Notes: a model not told the origin generated them from the letters alone. A stretch of DNA of 63,974 nt, filler included, from Octopus bimaculoides (GCF_001194135.2; 7 parts of 6 records of this genome joined end to end with filler, not necessarily neighbours in it), one strand, 5' to 3'; counted from the whole stretch's first letter, positions 36,956-50,574 are shown. A program made the numbers and translations.

Positions 36956-37934
36956 AAAGCTTCGTCAGGACCCAAAGTCAGCTTTAGCATGGTTTCAGTC
37001 AGGAGGGAATGAAAGAGTGGCAAGTTTAACATAGGGTTTCGTCCCTTCGCTGTTGATAAATAAAATACTACCAGTGAAGTATTAGAACCGTTTCTTCGTT
37101 CCTAGTCAGCGAGATGAAAAGTCGAAGAAAGGAAGCGTTCTCATCGTGAACCCCAGTAATCTTTTCACTACTACCACTGCGAGGTCTCACTGAGAAAGAT
37201 AGAAACTTCTAGAGGAGCCAAAATTTCTATCACTAAGTCATCTATAGAATTCTAACATAGAAGCTCCCTCGTGTGTGCAGCCCGGCGAGAGACGTTTCTG
37301 GTCGAATGATTGAAGACGTTCGCTTCGCAATTACGACGTCCGGCGNNNNNNNNNNGAAAGGAAGCGTTCTCATCGTGAACCCCAGTAATCTTTTCACTAC
37401 TACCACTGCGAGGTCTCACTGAGAAAGATAGAAACTTCTAGAGGAGCCAAAATTTCTATCACTAAGTCATCTATAGAATTCTAACATAGAAGCTCCCTCG
37501 TGTGTGCAGCCCGGCGAGAGACGTTTCTGGTCGAATGATTGAAGACGTTCGCTTCGCAATTACGACGTCCGGCGTTCGATCCAGTTGCGTGAAATTGGGT
37601 AGACGAAACAGTGAAGTCCATCAGATGATTGGATTGTAACCAGTAATGTAAAGGTCCATTTTTTTTTTTTTTTTGTCACACTGTCATACTGATACTGCTT
37701 GAGAATAACGTTAAGAGTTCAAGTGTCTCAGTCACTTGAGAAGGTAGTTCAGTTGATCGAACAATTGAATATTCATCGTAGAAACTGACAGAAATTCATC
37801 TTACGTATGTGCACATGTGTAACCGTGGTTACATTAATATAAAATACATTGTTGAATAGTGTTCAGGTGCATTACAACTAAGAAAATAACAAAAAAAACA
37901 AAAAAAATAACAAAAAGTCATCAGGTATACAGTA

Positions 37935-38045
37935 GGCGGATTTCAGTCAGGAAGCATTGAAGTTTTGAAGATGTAGTGTCTCGACAGTTAACAACTGATG
38001 CGGGTAGTTTATTCCATGCTTCAGCAATTATGAGCGTGGTGCGCT
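37935..38045 (-). mobile_element. CR1-like LINE 3' fragment
   Basis: Minus strand TLIIAEAWNKLPASVVNCRDT.. resembles the CR1 ORF2 terminal RVxxxWNxLP motif. Confidence 0.6.
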
Positions 38046-38269
38046 TCTTTTTCTAATACTGTAAATGAGTGATCTGAGAAAGAATTAGCTACTGTTTCAT
38101 TCATGCTCCATCTTACACTAGTACTAATTACCAACTTTGTCTTCAACCTTTTCGTATCATTTTTCAACATAATTTTTTTTTTGTCTTTTCTAGCTTCAAT
38201 CATTAGTCTTCTGATGACTTTAATAATCCCTTTCTCATCAACGTCGTTAATTACCACTTTGTGGTGATG

Positions 38270-39434
38270 GTTCGAAGAATGGGTGGCTTGTGATGATGTT
38301 AGTTAGTGGTGGTTGTGGTTATGATGATGATGATGACTGTGATGATGTTCGGAAGCAATGGTAACAGTGATGATGCAGTTTGGAGGCGGTGGTGGTAGTA
38401 GTGGTGGTAGTAGTAGTGGTGGTAGTAGTAGTGCTGGCAGTTGTTTGCAATGGAGATGACGGGGGGAGGGGGAAAAGAGGATGGTGGGGTTGGTGATGAC
38501 GACGATGCTGGTTAGAGGTGGTGGTGTGGTGATGGTTGTAGTAGTAGTAGTAGTAATTTGTGGGGTAGCTGTGGTAATTTGGTTGTGGTAAGATGAGACT
38601 GGTGTGCTGTGATGGCAATGCTGCTGCCGCTGGTGGCGATTATTGTCGCCGAGGTTGTAGTGGTAAAGATATTAATGATGGTGGTGGTGGTGGTGGTGGT
38701 GGTGGTGGCTGTGGCGGACACGGATGATGGTGGAAGAAGGTGGTGGAGGTGGTCATGTGATGTGGATTGNNNNNNNNNNNNNNNNNNNNNNNNNNNNNNN
38801 NNNNNNNNNNNNNNNNNNNNNNNNNNNNNNNNNNNNNNNNNNNNNNNNNNNNNNNNNNNNNNNNNNNNNNNNNNNNNNNNNNNNNNNNNNNNNNNNNNNN
38901 NNNNNNNNNNNNNNNNNNNNNNNNNNNNNNNNNNNNNNNNNNNNNNNNNNNNNNNNNNNNNNNNNNNNNNNNNNNNNNNNNNNNNNNNNNNNNNNNNNNN
39001 NNNNNNNNNNNNNNNNNNNNNNNNNNNNNNNNNNNNNNNNNNNNNNNNNNNNNNNNNNNNNNNNGGCAGTGATAATGATTGTTAGAAGGTGGTAGGTACC
39101 AGGGTTGGTGATGACGACGACGACGACATTAGTGGTGGCGGCGGCGGTGGAAGTGCGGGTGGTGTTGGTGACAGCAATTCAGGGTTTTGGAAAGGTAGTG
39201 ATGAGAGTTAGGGTTAGAGGTTACGCAGATAGATGGCGATGATGGTAGGGAGCAATGATGATGGTTTATTGACGATGGTATAATAGTTTAAGAGCGATAG
39301 CAGCAACATAAGTAGCAGCAGCAGCGGTGGTGGTGGTGGTGGTAATGATAACAGATTCTGCGATCGTTTGTATATGCTATCGCTCTCCGAGGACTATTAT
39401 TGCTGTATATTATTAATAACTACTACTACTACTT

Positions 39435-39465
<31 letters not shown>

Positions 39466-39480
39466 CACTACCACTACTAC
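38270..39480. repeat. Low-complexity trinucleotide field (GGT/GAT/GTA/CTA)n around a gap
   Basis: Direct inspection. A similar field lies at 35400-35830. Confidence 0.9.
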
Positions 39481-39929
39481 TTCTGCTGTTGTTGCTATGT
39501 AACTTCGACACACTTTTGACAAATGATCTACCAGTATATTTGTTTGGGGGTTTTCACCCCGAACTAGCTTTTCCAATATAGTTTTTGTTGTTCTTAGTAT
39601 AGATAATGTTGCTTTTTATTTCTTCTATCGATTGCCACAATTCCACACAAATTTCGTAGAAACTACAACTGATTTCTCTCCACTCCCAAGTTGTTCACTG
39701 GTATCTTATTTTATCGACCCCGGTGGGATGAAAATACATAAAGTTAGTCTTTAAAGATTTTGCCAATCCACCCACAGTTCTATTAAGTTTCTAATACTGG
39801 AACAAATGCAGAAATGCATAGTAATGTTAATGGAATCGAATTTTCCTACAGTAAATTACTGGTGTATATTTTATGTTATCTTTCCCCAGAGAGATAAAAT
39901 GATTTTTTTTCAAAAGCAAGGTTTGCTTG

Positions 39930-40325
39930 GAAGATAGAACGAGCAGTGCCCATGACCTTCGTAGGCTCTCCGAGACTGGTGAAACTGATGCCTCTTATAC
40001 ATCGTTGACTGCAGGGAAAATATGTGCAGGGTGGAAATTCCAGAGAGAGGGTGTTCTAAGGAAAACGGACTGGACAAGACGTAGTGGTTAGTACGAAGCC
40101 TAATGCGAATAGACACAAGGGTACTGGTAAGAGGAGAGATGAGGGAGTCAAGAAGTGCCCGAGTGGAGGTGGGAAGACCTGCCGGTTCCTGAGAGTAGAG
40201 GCCGTTGTAGTTGCGGTTGAATAGGCGGGAAGAGGAGAGAGTTCGTGTAGGGACCAGATGTTGAAGCGTGCTGATGAATGGCTTCGTGCTAATCAATCAG
40301 ATGGGATTTCTTTGGATGCCGTCTA
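39930..40325 (-). mobile_element. Non-LTR retrotransposon (CR1/L2/Jockey group) ORF 3' end
   Basis: Minus strand LDGIQR..I.LI..ISTLQHL..R..S.RLFNRNYNGLYSQE.AGL..RTPSLWN.HPAHIFPAVND resembles the C-terminus of these ORFs. Confidence 0.7.
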
Positions 40326-40464
40326 GGATATCTTCTGCCAGCAGCAGTAGCAGCACCATTTCAAATGTGAGCACAGTACGCAACCGAGTGTCACCCAAGA
40401 TTTGAAGTCAGAATATAAGGCCAGTGAAGGTGCGTAGCCTAGTAATATCGTTACACTCACGGTA

Positions 40465-40660
40465 GCAAGATCGTAATTTCGATTCCGGACCGAGTGGTGC
40501 GTTGTGTTCTTGAGCAAAACACTTCATTTCTCCTTGCTCCAGTCCACTCAGTTGTATATGAGTAATCTTGCGACAGACTGATGTCCCGTTCAGGGGAATG
40601 TGATCTAGATCACTTATACACCATGGAGCCGAGCAACCGGGCCAATGAGTCCTGGAACTA
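40465..40660 (+). mobile_element. CORE-type tRNA SINE fragment
   Basis: TTTCGATTCCGGACCG..GTTGTGTTCTTGAGCAAAACACTTCATTTC..TTGCTCCAGTCCACTCAG..CTTGCGACAGACTGATGTCCCGTTCAGGGG. A related minus-strand piece lies at ~56850-56945. Confidence 0.65.
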
Positions 40661-41204
40661 GAGATAATAAATAATGTTCTATATATAGAACGAAAGAAAA
40701 AACCATAAGACATTTATTATGGCATTGTATAACTTCTGCCACGCCGCTGGCTTTAGGTGTGAAAAATATATAATGCTGATTTATAAATTGTTTCGGCGAG
40801 TTCATAGTCGATAGAATCAGCTTCAGAATACGACTATTCTTTAAGTTTTGTCTAAATTTCTGAAATGAGGAATTATTTTCATACACTAATATATTGGTGC
40901 TAGGGCCCTCAACTTGGCTGCTGTTGCTACAACTCTTCGACAACTGTACTATCCTGCTTTCTTCAAATATCAGTCGCATTCGAGAATATTCTCGTCATTC
41001 CAAGCCGAAACCTTCACTCCAGTCCTCGTTTCGTTGTCCATTTTTATATTAATTATTGCCGAACTATTAATTATACGTACGCGTCACAGACAAATCATTA
41101 TGCCATTGTGCCACAGGGAAATTAGGTGTCTGAAAATAGAAGCTTTAAATATATTTCTTTTACGGTCTGATGCTTAATATTCGTTCACAAAGGCTCTTGT
41201 ATAG

Positions 41205-41265
41205 TGTCCATGCCTATGTTAGGACAACGGAGGGCGTTATCCAAGAACGTTCCCATATACGACAG
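41205..41265 (+). CDS. Candidate exon A (unverified)
   Basis: TTGTATAG| acceptor and CAG|GTACGT donor. The frame VHAYVRTTEGVIQERSHIRQ ends in phase 0. Confidence 0.3.
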
Positions 41266-41422
41266 GTACGTGAAGAATGCCAAAGGGTATAAAAGCCGAA
41301 ATGTTGTGACTATAAAACCAAAGATAAAGACAATAATCCGGATAATAATATATTGGTGTATAATAATATATAATAATATACTGGTCTATAAAAAATGGTT
41401 CTTGATTGTTTCACTGCGACAG

Positions 41423-41488
41423 GAATACACTGTAATTGGTGGCCATAAGAAATGCATGGGGATAGTAAACACACTTGAATTTCAACAG
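41423..41488 (+). CDS. Candidate exon B (66 nt, unverified)
   Basis: TTCTTGATTGTTTCACTGCGACAG| acceptor and CAG|GTACGG donor. The single open frame EYTVIGGHKKCMGIVNTLEFQQ is in phase with exon A. Confidence 0.35.
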
Positions 41489-42701
41489 GTACGGAAGGAA
41501 AAGTTGTTAGTGCACAGCGTGTCATTCATATAGGCCCAATTTCGCATATAGGACCTGGGGTGACTTTTCGAGAGATTTTTTTGAAAAAAAGTGTCTTAAT
41601 GCCACCAAATAAGGTAACATTGAGATTTAATTGCGAACAGTGGTATAAACGGTCACGGTTATAGGAAACGAGTACAGTCAATCAAATCGACCAACTACAT
41701 GACAAGTATTTATCTTATCGACTCCGTAGACGACGGTCAATGGTATATGCTACAAATTTACAAAAGAAAGGGCATAGACGAGTAAATTGATTCAACACTC
41801 GGATAGTTAATTATTTTAGTGATCCAGAAAGTATAAACAGCTAAATAGCCCTCGGCGGATTTTAACTCGGAGCCTTAAAAAACTTAAGTAAATACTGTAA
41901 GACATTTTGTCTAGGGCCATATCATTTCAGTTATCCACCGGCTTTTACAGGTTGGAAATTTTTTTTTTTTTTTCGTCTTGTATAGTATACGCAACAAGTG
42001 TAGTTGATATGATTAATCCTCACTAATCCACTGATAATCAGCTTTTTCGACCTCGGGAGTGGGATAAAAAAATACCTCAATATTTCAATGGTGCTCCATT
42101 AATCGACCTCGGAAGGCTGAAAGTCTGAACTCAAAATATAAAAGATATGGATCAAAAGGCAGTTCGTCTGATGCTTGTTGTATCGTTTCAGGTATCGAAG
42201 ATCCACTTCAATCAACATTGCTTATATTTTCAAAAATATTTGGTCTAAATGAGCTTATCATTATCCTTCCTGGTGGTTGTTTTTAAATATGAACACCTCT
42301 GAAGGAGGTTTTGTCTACTAACGTCTTGAATAATCTCAGCTGATCGAAGTATCTCAACTTGCTATATTTGGCTAAATATGTCAAACTCTATTGCTCTTAT
42401 AATATGGTCAAAGAGTATTAAACCGAAACACAAAATATTGACACACAATGTATTTAAAACAAAAATACAATATTAATGTGGAAAGAATACATTTCAGTAG
42501 CCTATTCTTTCACGTATCCATGTCTGCCTCTCCACTTCATTGAGCTCAAAGCATCAATGAAAGACTAGCCGTCCTTCAAGACGAGAGAGAAAGGGTATTA
42601 CCGACGTTTTCTCATTTCCGTTTACAGTCTTTCCTTCATCTAATTCTCTATCTCTCCATTCTCTTCTCTATATCTCCTCTCATCTTATTTATCTATCTCC
42701 A

Positions 42702-42749
<48 letters not shown>

Positions 42750-43186
42750 CATTACTTGCTACATTTCATATCTCTCTCTCGCAATTTTTTTTTTCTTGAC
42801 GCCGGCCAACCATTCTTCCATCCAGAACCAAGACGAGACGACATGCCTTTGGAATCAACACACACACACACACACACACTCACACACACACTTACATACG
42901 TAACTCGTTTTATAATAGATGATTATTTTCCTTTTATCCATACCCAACTTCTCCACCAGGCAAGCTCCTTATAGTATAAAACTCGAACAACCCTTGAAGC
43001 AGAGCTGTGATTATGTTTGTACTTTGTAAGTAGATGTCTCATCAAAGAAGCAAATGTTTTCCTACATACCATTCCCAGCAGCAAAGCGTTTCTTTTTTCC
43101 GTTTATTTTTTGCATGTTGTTTTTGTTATTTTTATTGTTTCTCTCTCTAACACACACACACACAATATATATATATATATATATAC

Positions 43187-43232
<46 letters not shown>

Positions 43233-43471
43233 GAGAGAAAGAGAGCGAGAGAGAGGCACTAGAGCCTAAGCAGTACAACTTGAGTTCATCTGAGCGAGAT
43301 AGTGAGAGATTTAATCACAGTGCACAACAACTAAATAGGTAGTCGGTGATATAACTTAATGTTCACGTAAGTCAAATAAACGGGAAAAGTGAACCTCAAA
43401 TATACAGTGTGTGTGTGTAAATATATACATATATATATATATACACACACACACGCACACAAATATATGTA

Positions 43472-43515
<44 letters not shown>

Positions 43516-44714
43516 CACACACATATCTGGATGTATGTGTATATGTATGTATGTATANNNNNNNNNNNNNNNNNNNNNNNNNNNNNNNNNNNNNNNNNNN
43601 NNNNNNNNNNNNNNNNNNNNNNNNNNNNNNNNNNNNNNNNNNNNNNNNNNNNNNNNNNNNNNNNNNNNNNNNNNNNNNNNNNGATAACAGTCTGAGTGTA
43701 AGATATTTTCCTTGATAACACTATTATCGGGTTAAAAGTGATATTTTAAAGAGAAAGTAGGCTAAATAATTACATATGTCCTTAACAAAAGACATTTATT
43801 ACTAATGGTCATTAAGGTGTAGATAGGGTAAAAACGGATGACCAAAAGGATAGGGGAGATAATGAACAACCTGAAAGGTTAGCGGTCCATCTGTCTTCGG
43901 AAATGCGTTACGTCCAACTCCAATGACATTTAAGTCGATGAATTGATAGAGTCGTAACGACATCGGACAGAATGGCTCGTGATACTTGTTACAACGATCA
44001 AATTCTCTGTGATCTGTGTTCAAATTCCATCGAGATCAAACTGCATTTCATGCTTTCACGATCGATAAAAAAAAAGTACCAATCATGGCTGTGTAGTCAA
44101 GAAGCTAGCTTTGCAGCCATGTGTTTTTGAGTTCAGTCCAACTGTTCGGCACCTAAATTATTGCAAAGCATTTAGTGCAAGTATTCCATGGTTTCAATAT
44201 CGAGAAGTGTAATCTCTCAATAACATTCAAAAATGTCTCTTCGTTTTCATCCTGAAGAGACGTGTTAAATGTAAGTTATTAAACGCAATGTTTTTTTTAA
44301 TTAATTGACAAAAATTTTTATCCATGCTTCATAATCCCCTTAACGGACGCAGACACAGCTGTATAAGTAAAAGATCTGCTTTGCGACAACGGTACGGAAG
44401 CTTGGGGAAAGTTCGTTCCACTACGAGTAGATGGATCTCGTATATAGCCCCAGGTCGACCAAAGAGTCCAGTAAGTTCTTAATTTGATAGACAGAAACTG
44501 TGTGAATCAATGTTAGAAGAAAAGAAAGAGTTTTTGTTTGTTTGTTTTTTATATGGTAAACTTAACATCACCTTGGGTGGCTTTAACGGAGAGCTTAAGA
44601 AATTCACTTCGCTTTCTTGAAGTCCCGGATATGATCCCACGGAGCCTCTCATTTACCAATGCTATGTGAGTTAAGCTGAGTAGACAGGAACTTGAAAATG
44701 ATTGTCGTATGGAA

Positions 44715-45001
44715 CAGTGCTTCTCAAACTATCTGATGTGGCATAATGGCAGTTTTTTTTCTCCAATGTGCCAGAGACCGGTAATATTTCTTAGTAACAT
44801 TAATTTATACCAGAAACAATATATATGATAAATATAATAAAAGTTGACAATTTGTTTTATCATATATTTATTTTGTAAACAAATTATACACTATTAGATA
44901 AGCATTTTATAATGTTTCTTTTCTGGAAACTCGCCGCGTACCAGCAGCTGATGGCTCGCGGACTGGCACCGGTCTGCGGACCACCACTTTAAGTAGCACT
45001 G
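44715..45001. mobile_element. hAT (Charlie-like) MITE, 287 bp
   Basis: TIRs CAGTGCTTCTCAAACT / AC(T)TTAAGTAGCACTG and a perfect 8-bp TSD GTATGGAA at 44707-44714 and 45002-45009. Confidence 0.92.
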
Positions 45002-45300
45002 GTATGGAAGGGAGGTGAAGTTCACCTTCCTAATAAGTTGTATTAAGCTAATTCCGATTGAGAGTTACGTAAAATAAAAGTACATATGTCTAAGGAATAC
45101 TCAGCCACTTACAAGGTAACTGAAGAAGGCAGTTCAAATGATCGGACAGCTAAAATGCTCATCATGAAAACCAACAGAGGACCCATCTACTTTCGTAAGA
45201 TTTTTCATATATATATATATATATATANNNNNNNNNNNNNNNNNNNNNNNNNNNNNNNNNNNNNNNNNNNNNNNNNNNNNNNNNNNNNNNNNNNNNNNNN

Positions 45301-45343
<43 letters not shown>

Positions 45344-45344
45344 T

Positions 45345-45520
45345 AAAGGCAGCGAGCTGGCAGAATCGTTAGCACACCGAGCAAAATGCTTAGTGGCTTT
45401 TCATCAGTCTTTCATCATTTTGGGGGTCGATAAAATAAGTACCAGTTGAACAATGAGGACGATGTAATCGACTGAAACCCTCCCTCTAAAAAGCAAGCCT
45501 TGTGTCAAAATTTGAAACCA
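45345..45520 (+). mobile_element. Deu/Nin-type SINE
   Basis: GGCAGCGAGCTGGCAGAATCGTTAGCAC..AAATGCTTAG..GGGGTCGATAAAATAAGTACCAGTTG..GATGTAATCGAC. Confidence 0.85.
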
Positions 45521-47759
45521 ATGTGCATGTGTGGTGATGGAGGGTGTATATCTATACATATGCACACAGTCATAAATGACAAGTCACAAAGAAAACGCAA
45601 AGACAATAAACAACCACAATAACAAATACACACATTCAAATATACGAACATATTACCTACATATGTGCTGGGCGTAATGAAGTCTGAAGTTCAAAGATGA
45701 AAATTTCAACACAACAACCGACATCTCTGCCCTACACTCCTCACACAAACATCGAAATTCTCCGTCACATACGAAGGCACACACAACTCTACCACCGCCC
45801 TAATTTAAAAAGTCATTCACACACATTCACGCGCGCGCACACACACACACACAATGTGAATATGAATAGCAGAACGAAAATTATCATCGGTCACACAGCG
45901 AAGAGCAACGAACAAGGAGTAAGGGGTGTGTGTTAACGTGGAAAAGTGTAAGAGTGAAATACTGTCATCGATTAGGTCGCAAGCTGTGACGAAAGAGCGC
46001 TTTAAAGGTTCAATTAATAAATTAATTTACTCATTAATTAACTAATTATCTGCTTAAAACACAGTAAAACTCAAATGAAATATAAACAGGGCATTTCCAT
46101 AAACAGTGTATCTAGAAAAATTCATTATGCATGTATATGTGTATCCACTTAAAATACCAATATCGTTTTTGTATATTGTTTCCTATCCTTAAATTAACCA
46201 AACGAATTTACTACTACTACTACGACGACGACGACGAAGACGAAGAAGAAGAAGAAGAAGAATCCTTTCTATTATAGGCACTAGGCCTGAAATTTGGGGG
46301 AGGGGGGACACCAGTCGATTAGATCGACTAGGATCTAGTCTTTCTCATTCGCAAAATGAGCCTCCCTTAATTCTAGTCAGATTGCTTTCAATTTTGGTGT
46401 ATCGATGCAACTTACGATCAACCAATTACTTTATCTCATAAGTTAAAGAATCTGATGTTATTTGGAATTAAAGTTGGGAAATTTGGGTAATTTTAGCCAA
46501 TCAACAGATACCGTGGCATTAGCAGCTTCTTACCATGACAACCGCATGCTGTGTTGTGGTTCACTGTTGTCTGTGCCACTGTTGTCTATGTTGATTTTTC
46601 ACACTTGATTCTTAATTTTTCTGTGTTAGTATATTACATATTATTCTGTGCTTCTGAGTGTTAGCTTTTTCTGTGTTTTAGTACTTTTGCATGTTTTTCA
46701 TTTCCTACATTTTTGGGACTCATTGACTCAGATAGCTGGATTTATAGTTTCACTAGGTTAATTCTATTCATAAAAATTTTAATTAGGAGTATTTCTGAAA
46801 CCGTTAGCTTCACATTTGAACAGCTTAACTGAAATTTAGCCCACGTAACAGGAACTGAGAGGGATATCGTGGAACAGAGAAACTGTGGGTGATACAGATA
46901 GTTTCACATTATTTTTGAATTCTGCATGCAAAAACGTATAAGATACAGGTATTCTTTTCCTTGAGACAAATTCTTTATTGACCAATGTTAATCTTATCGT
47001 AGTTTACAAATCCAAGCATGAAAACGTTACTCAACTTTGGAGTTTTGGATACAGATACCCCCTTNNNNNNNNNNNNNNNNNNNNNNNNNNNNNNNNNNNN
47101 NNNNNNNNTTAATTAATTAANNNNNNNNNNNNNNNNNNNNNNNNNNNNNNNNNNNNNNNNNNNNATATATATATACGTATATATATATATATACATACAT
47201 ATATATATATACATACATATATATATATACATACATATATATATATACATATATATATATACACATATATATATATATACACACATATATATATATATAC
47301 ACACATATATATATATACACACACATATATATACACATATATATACACATACAGACACATATATACAAACACACACACACATATATACATACATACACAG
47401 ACACACACACATACATATATATACATATATAAATATACATTTTTTAAATGAAAATATAATAAACAACAAAAAAACAAAAACCTCAACGACAATCAATTGC
47501 CGGAGGACAACCACAGGAAGAAAAGAAACAATAGATGTCTCTTTTTTAAGTTGTTTTACAATTTAATTAGAAAATAATAATTAATAAAACCAAAAAAAAT
47601 TCTAATTCTGAATCAAACATCTGCCATCAACATTGAAGTGAACAACACAAAAGAAACAAAAAATAACGATGATGTCCCAATCAATGATTTAATTAACATA
47701 TTCCACGGCCTGCCCCGCCCCAACCCAGTTATTCCGCCCACCTAATTCAATAAAATAAC

Positions 47760-47915
47760 GGTTCCAAGTTCTGGCACAAGGCCAGTAAATTTAGTGGGAT
47801 GATGGGAAAGGCAAAGTCAACCTATGGTGGAGTTTCAACTTAGAACGTAAAGATCGGATGAAATGCCGCTAAGCAATTTGTCCGGCATGTTAACGATTTT
47901 TCCTCCTCGCCGCCT
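47760..47915 (-). mobile_element. Deu/Nin-type SINE (internally deleted)
   Basis: GGCACAAGGCC..GAAAGGCAAAGTCAAC..TTTCAACTTAGAACGTAAAG..GAAATGCCGCTAAGC..TAACGATT. Confidence 0.75.
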
Positions 47916-48829
47916 CAAACCCAATAAAATAATACGAAGTATTTTCAGGTGCATTCTTCCACCACCTACCCCTCTACATATTTGTTATCTTCCACACGTA
48001 AGCAATGTTATTTCCACTCATGTTCTGTAGTCACTGCATTCAATATTTTCCACGAATATTCGAGACAAACACGTCCTAGCAATATTTTCCACATTCACAA
48101 TCAGATTCCTCCATTAAAGACTCCCCACTCCCCTCCCTTGATACCACAGTTCTTTTTCCCCTCCTTCCACTCAAATTCAAGATGATATATACAGAAACAT
48201 TGAAAACATAACTGGTATTTTTAAGCTTCATATATAATACAAGTGCTTCCATTAACCTACTGTCACTATTGCGCAAACCGATTGACTAATTACTCAATAT
48301 TATTGGCACACTTCTTCAGTATTATCAGCAAAAAAAAACAACCACCACATATATATATATATATATATATAGATATGTATAGCATTCAATGTATCCACAC
48401 CAATACTTCTTTCTAATGACATTAAACACAATATTCAGGCAATGTTGTTTTGGTTTTGTCCATCAACAATAGGCATAATGGAATCAATGTTTTGCACAAC
48501 AGAAAACAAAAGTATATTTCCTGATATATATATTTTTTTTTTTTACTTTGTCGCTTTCATACACATACAAATTCAACTTTTTAACACTCTTAATATTCTA
48601 CACAATAGCACTTTTTTTTTAACTTCTCCCCCAAAGCTATCAATCATAGGAAACAAACAATAAAGTGACTTCCACACAATACGTTCGCTGAAGAAGATCC
48701 ATCCAATCAACCAGGAATGATTGTTGTTCTTATTATTGATATTAGTTATTGCTCTAAAATGGTAAATGATTTTAAAGGAATGCTAGAAAAACGGTTTGAT
48801 CACAGCAAAAGCAGATGGTGATGAGATTG

Positions 48830-48871
48830 CCATTATATATATATATATACAATATATATATATATACACAC

Positions 48872-48905
<34 letters not shown>

Positions 48906-48953
48906 CATTTATATATAACTCTGCATACACATCTATATACATTTATATAAATC

Positions 48954-49002
<49 letters not shown>

Positions 49003-49436
49003 ATATACATATACACATATATATATACATACACATACCTATACATACATGCATATACATATATACATACATACACATATACATATATATATATATACAT
49101 ACATACACATATACATATATATACNNNNNNNNNNTATATATACATACATATACATATATATACATACATATATATATACATATATATACATATATAAACA
49201 AATATACATATATACATACATATACATATGTATATATACATATATATATGTATACATACATATACAAATACACATATATATACATATACACACATACATA
49301 TATACATATGCACATATGTACATATATATATATATATACACATACCTATACATGCATATATATATATACATACCTATACATACATACACATTCATTTATA
49401 TATATATATACATATATATATATATGAATATAAACA

Positions 49437-49476
<40 letters not shown>

Positions 49477-49541
49477 CGTATTTATATATACATACATATT
49501 TATATATGCATTCATACTTATACATACATATATATAGATAT

Positions 49542-49576
<35 letters not shown>

Positions 49577-49630
49577 TAAACATACATTTATACNNNNNNN
49601 NNNATATATATATATATATATATATATATA
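48830..49630. repeat. ~800-bp compound (TA)/(CA) microsatellite
   Basis: Direct inspection. Similar tracts lie at 47165-47440, 51360-51740 and 51950-52266, and they generate the YI-repeat pseudo-ORFs. Confidence 0.97.
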
Positions 49631-50318
49631 CGTGATGGCTGCCCCCTCATTATCAAGTATGGCCATTGCACAAGGCTTAACTGTTAATGGTCCTGTTATT
49701 GAATGTAACTTTTTAGCTCAGGTAAAAATCTACAATGTCTTGTACTGAATTGGCAGCTAAAACCTCTACCGGCAACAGCCGGCTGTAGTTGTAACTAGGC
49801 TTCATGTACCTTAGTATGTTGTTTATGTCCTCCCGCCAAATTACATTCCCTTCTACATGTGACAGATCTGATTAGTAAGGTGTGTAGCACCCCCACCAGC
49901 GCCCTGGTAGTGAATCATCAGTCTCACTTTATGAGTACGAAGATGACTCTTGAGTCCAGCTTTACTAAGGCAGGGTCTTCCACAGACACTGCATGTCTGT
50001 GTCATAGGAAGACCCTTACCATCTGGAAGTGCAACAGTGATGCCTATCCTGACATCACTCCTTACTTTCTCATGCGCAACTAGAGATTTCCCAAAAGTAG
50101 CTGTCCCCTCATGTACAATTCATCTCCAACTCTTACGGTCAATAGCTATGCCCTCCCATGTGTCAGGATGGATGCTAGCATCTCCCAAGGAAGCCTTCAG
50201 CAAGTCTTTATACCTCTTTTTTGGTTTATGTAGAGGTCATTCTCCTTTAGCTAACTCTCCGTAAGAGTTGTTTTGGCATCCTTGAATCTTTCATCCTGAC
50301 CAGATGACCACTCCATCT
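49630..50318 (-). mobile_element. RTE-BovB-like LINE 3' end with three C2H2-like fingers
   Basis: RWSGHLVRMKDSRMPKQ..GELAKGE*PLHKPKKRYKDLLKASL..WEGIAIDRKSWR..CSVCGRPCLSKAGLKSHLRTH, followed by two further decayed finger-like units. Confidence 0.88.
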
Positions 50319-50334
50319 TATATATATACATATA

Positions 50335-50530
50335 TTGGCCCTTGTGCCAGTGGCACGTAAAAGCACCCACTACACTCTCGGAGTGGTTGGTGTTAGGAAT
50401 GGCATCAAGCTGTAGAAACTCTGCCGGATCAGATTGGAGCCTGGTGCAGCCATCTAGTTCACTATTCCTCAGTAAAATCTTCCAGCCCATGCTAGCATGG
50501 AAAGCGGACGTTAAACGATGATGATGATGA
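50335..50530 (+). mobile_element. SINE/RTE-type 3' tail fragment with (GAT)n
   Basis: GGCACGTAAAAGCACCC..GAGTGGTTGG.GTTAGGAA.GGCATC.AGCTGTAGAAAC...CCATGCTAGCATGGAAAGCGGACGTTAAACGATGATGATG. Confidence 0.65.
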
Positions 50531-50574
50531 TACATGTATACATAGACACACACACACACACATATATATGTTAC

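Noticed and set aside
37127-37574. Exact 219-bp direct duplication
   Set aside because: The copies are separated only by a 10-N gap, so this is an unmerged contig overlap.
38319-38721. Thr/His/Val homopolymer-rich ORFs (also 58091-58741)
   Set aside because: They are translations of trinucleotide microsatellites.
40614-40979. 121-aa minus-strand ORF with a vaguely integrase-like FTPKASGVAE
   Set aside because: There is no DDE context or splice support, and the end runs into a SINE.
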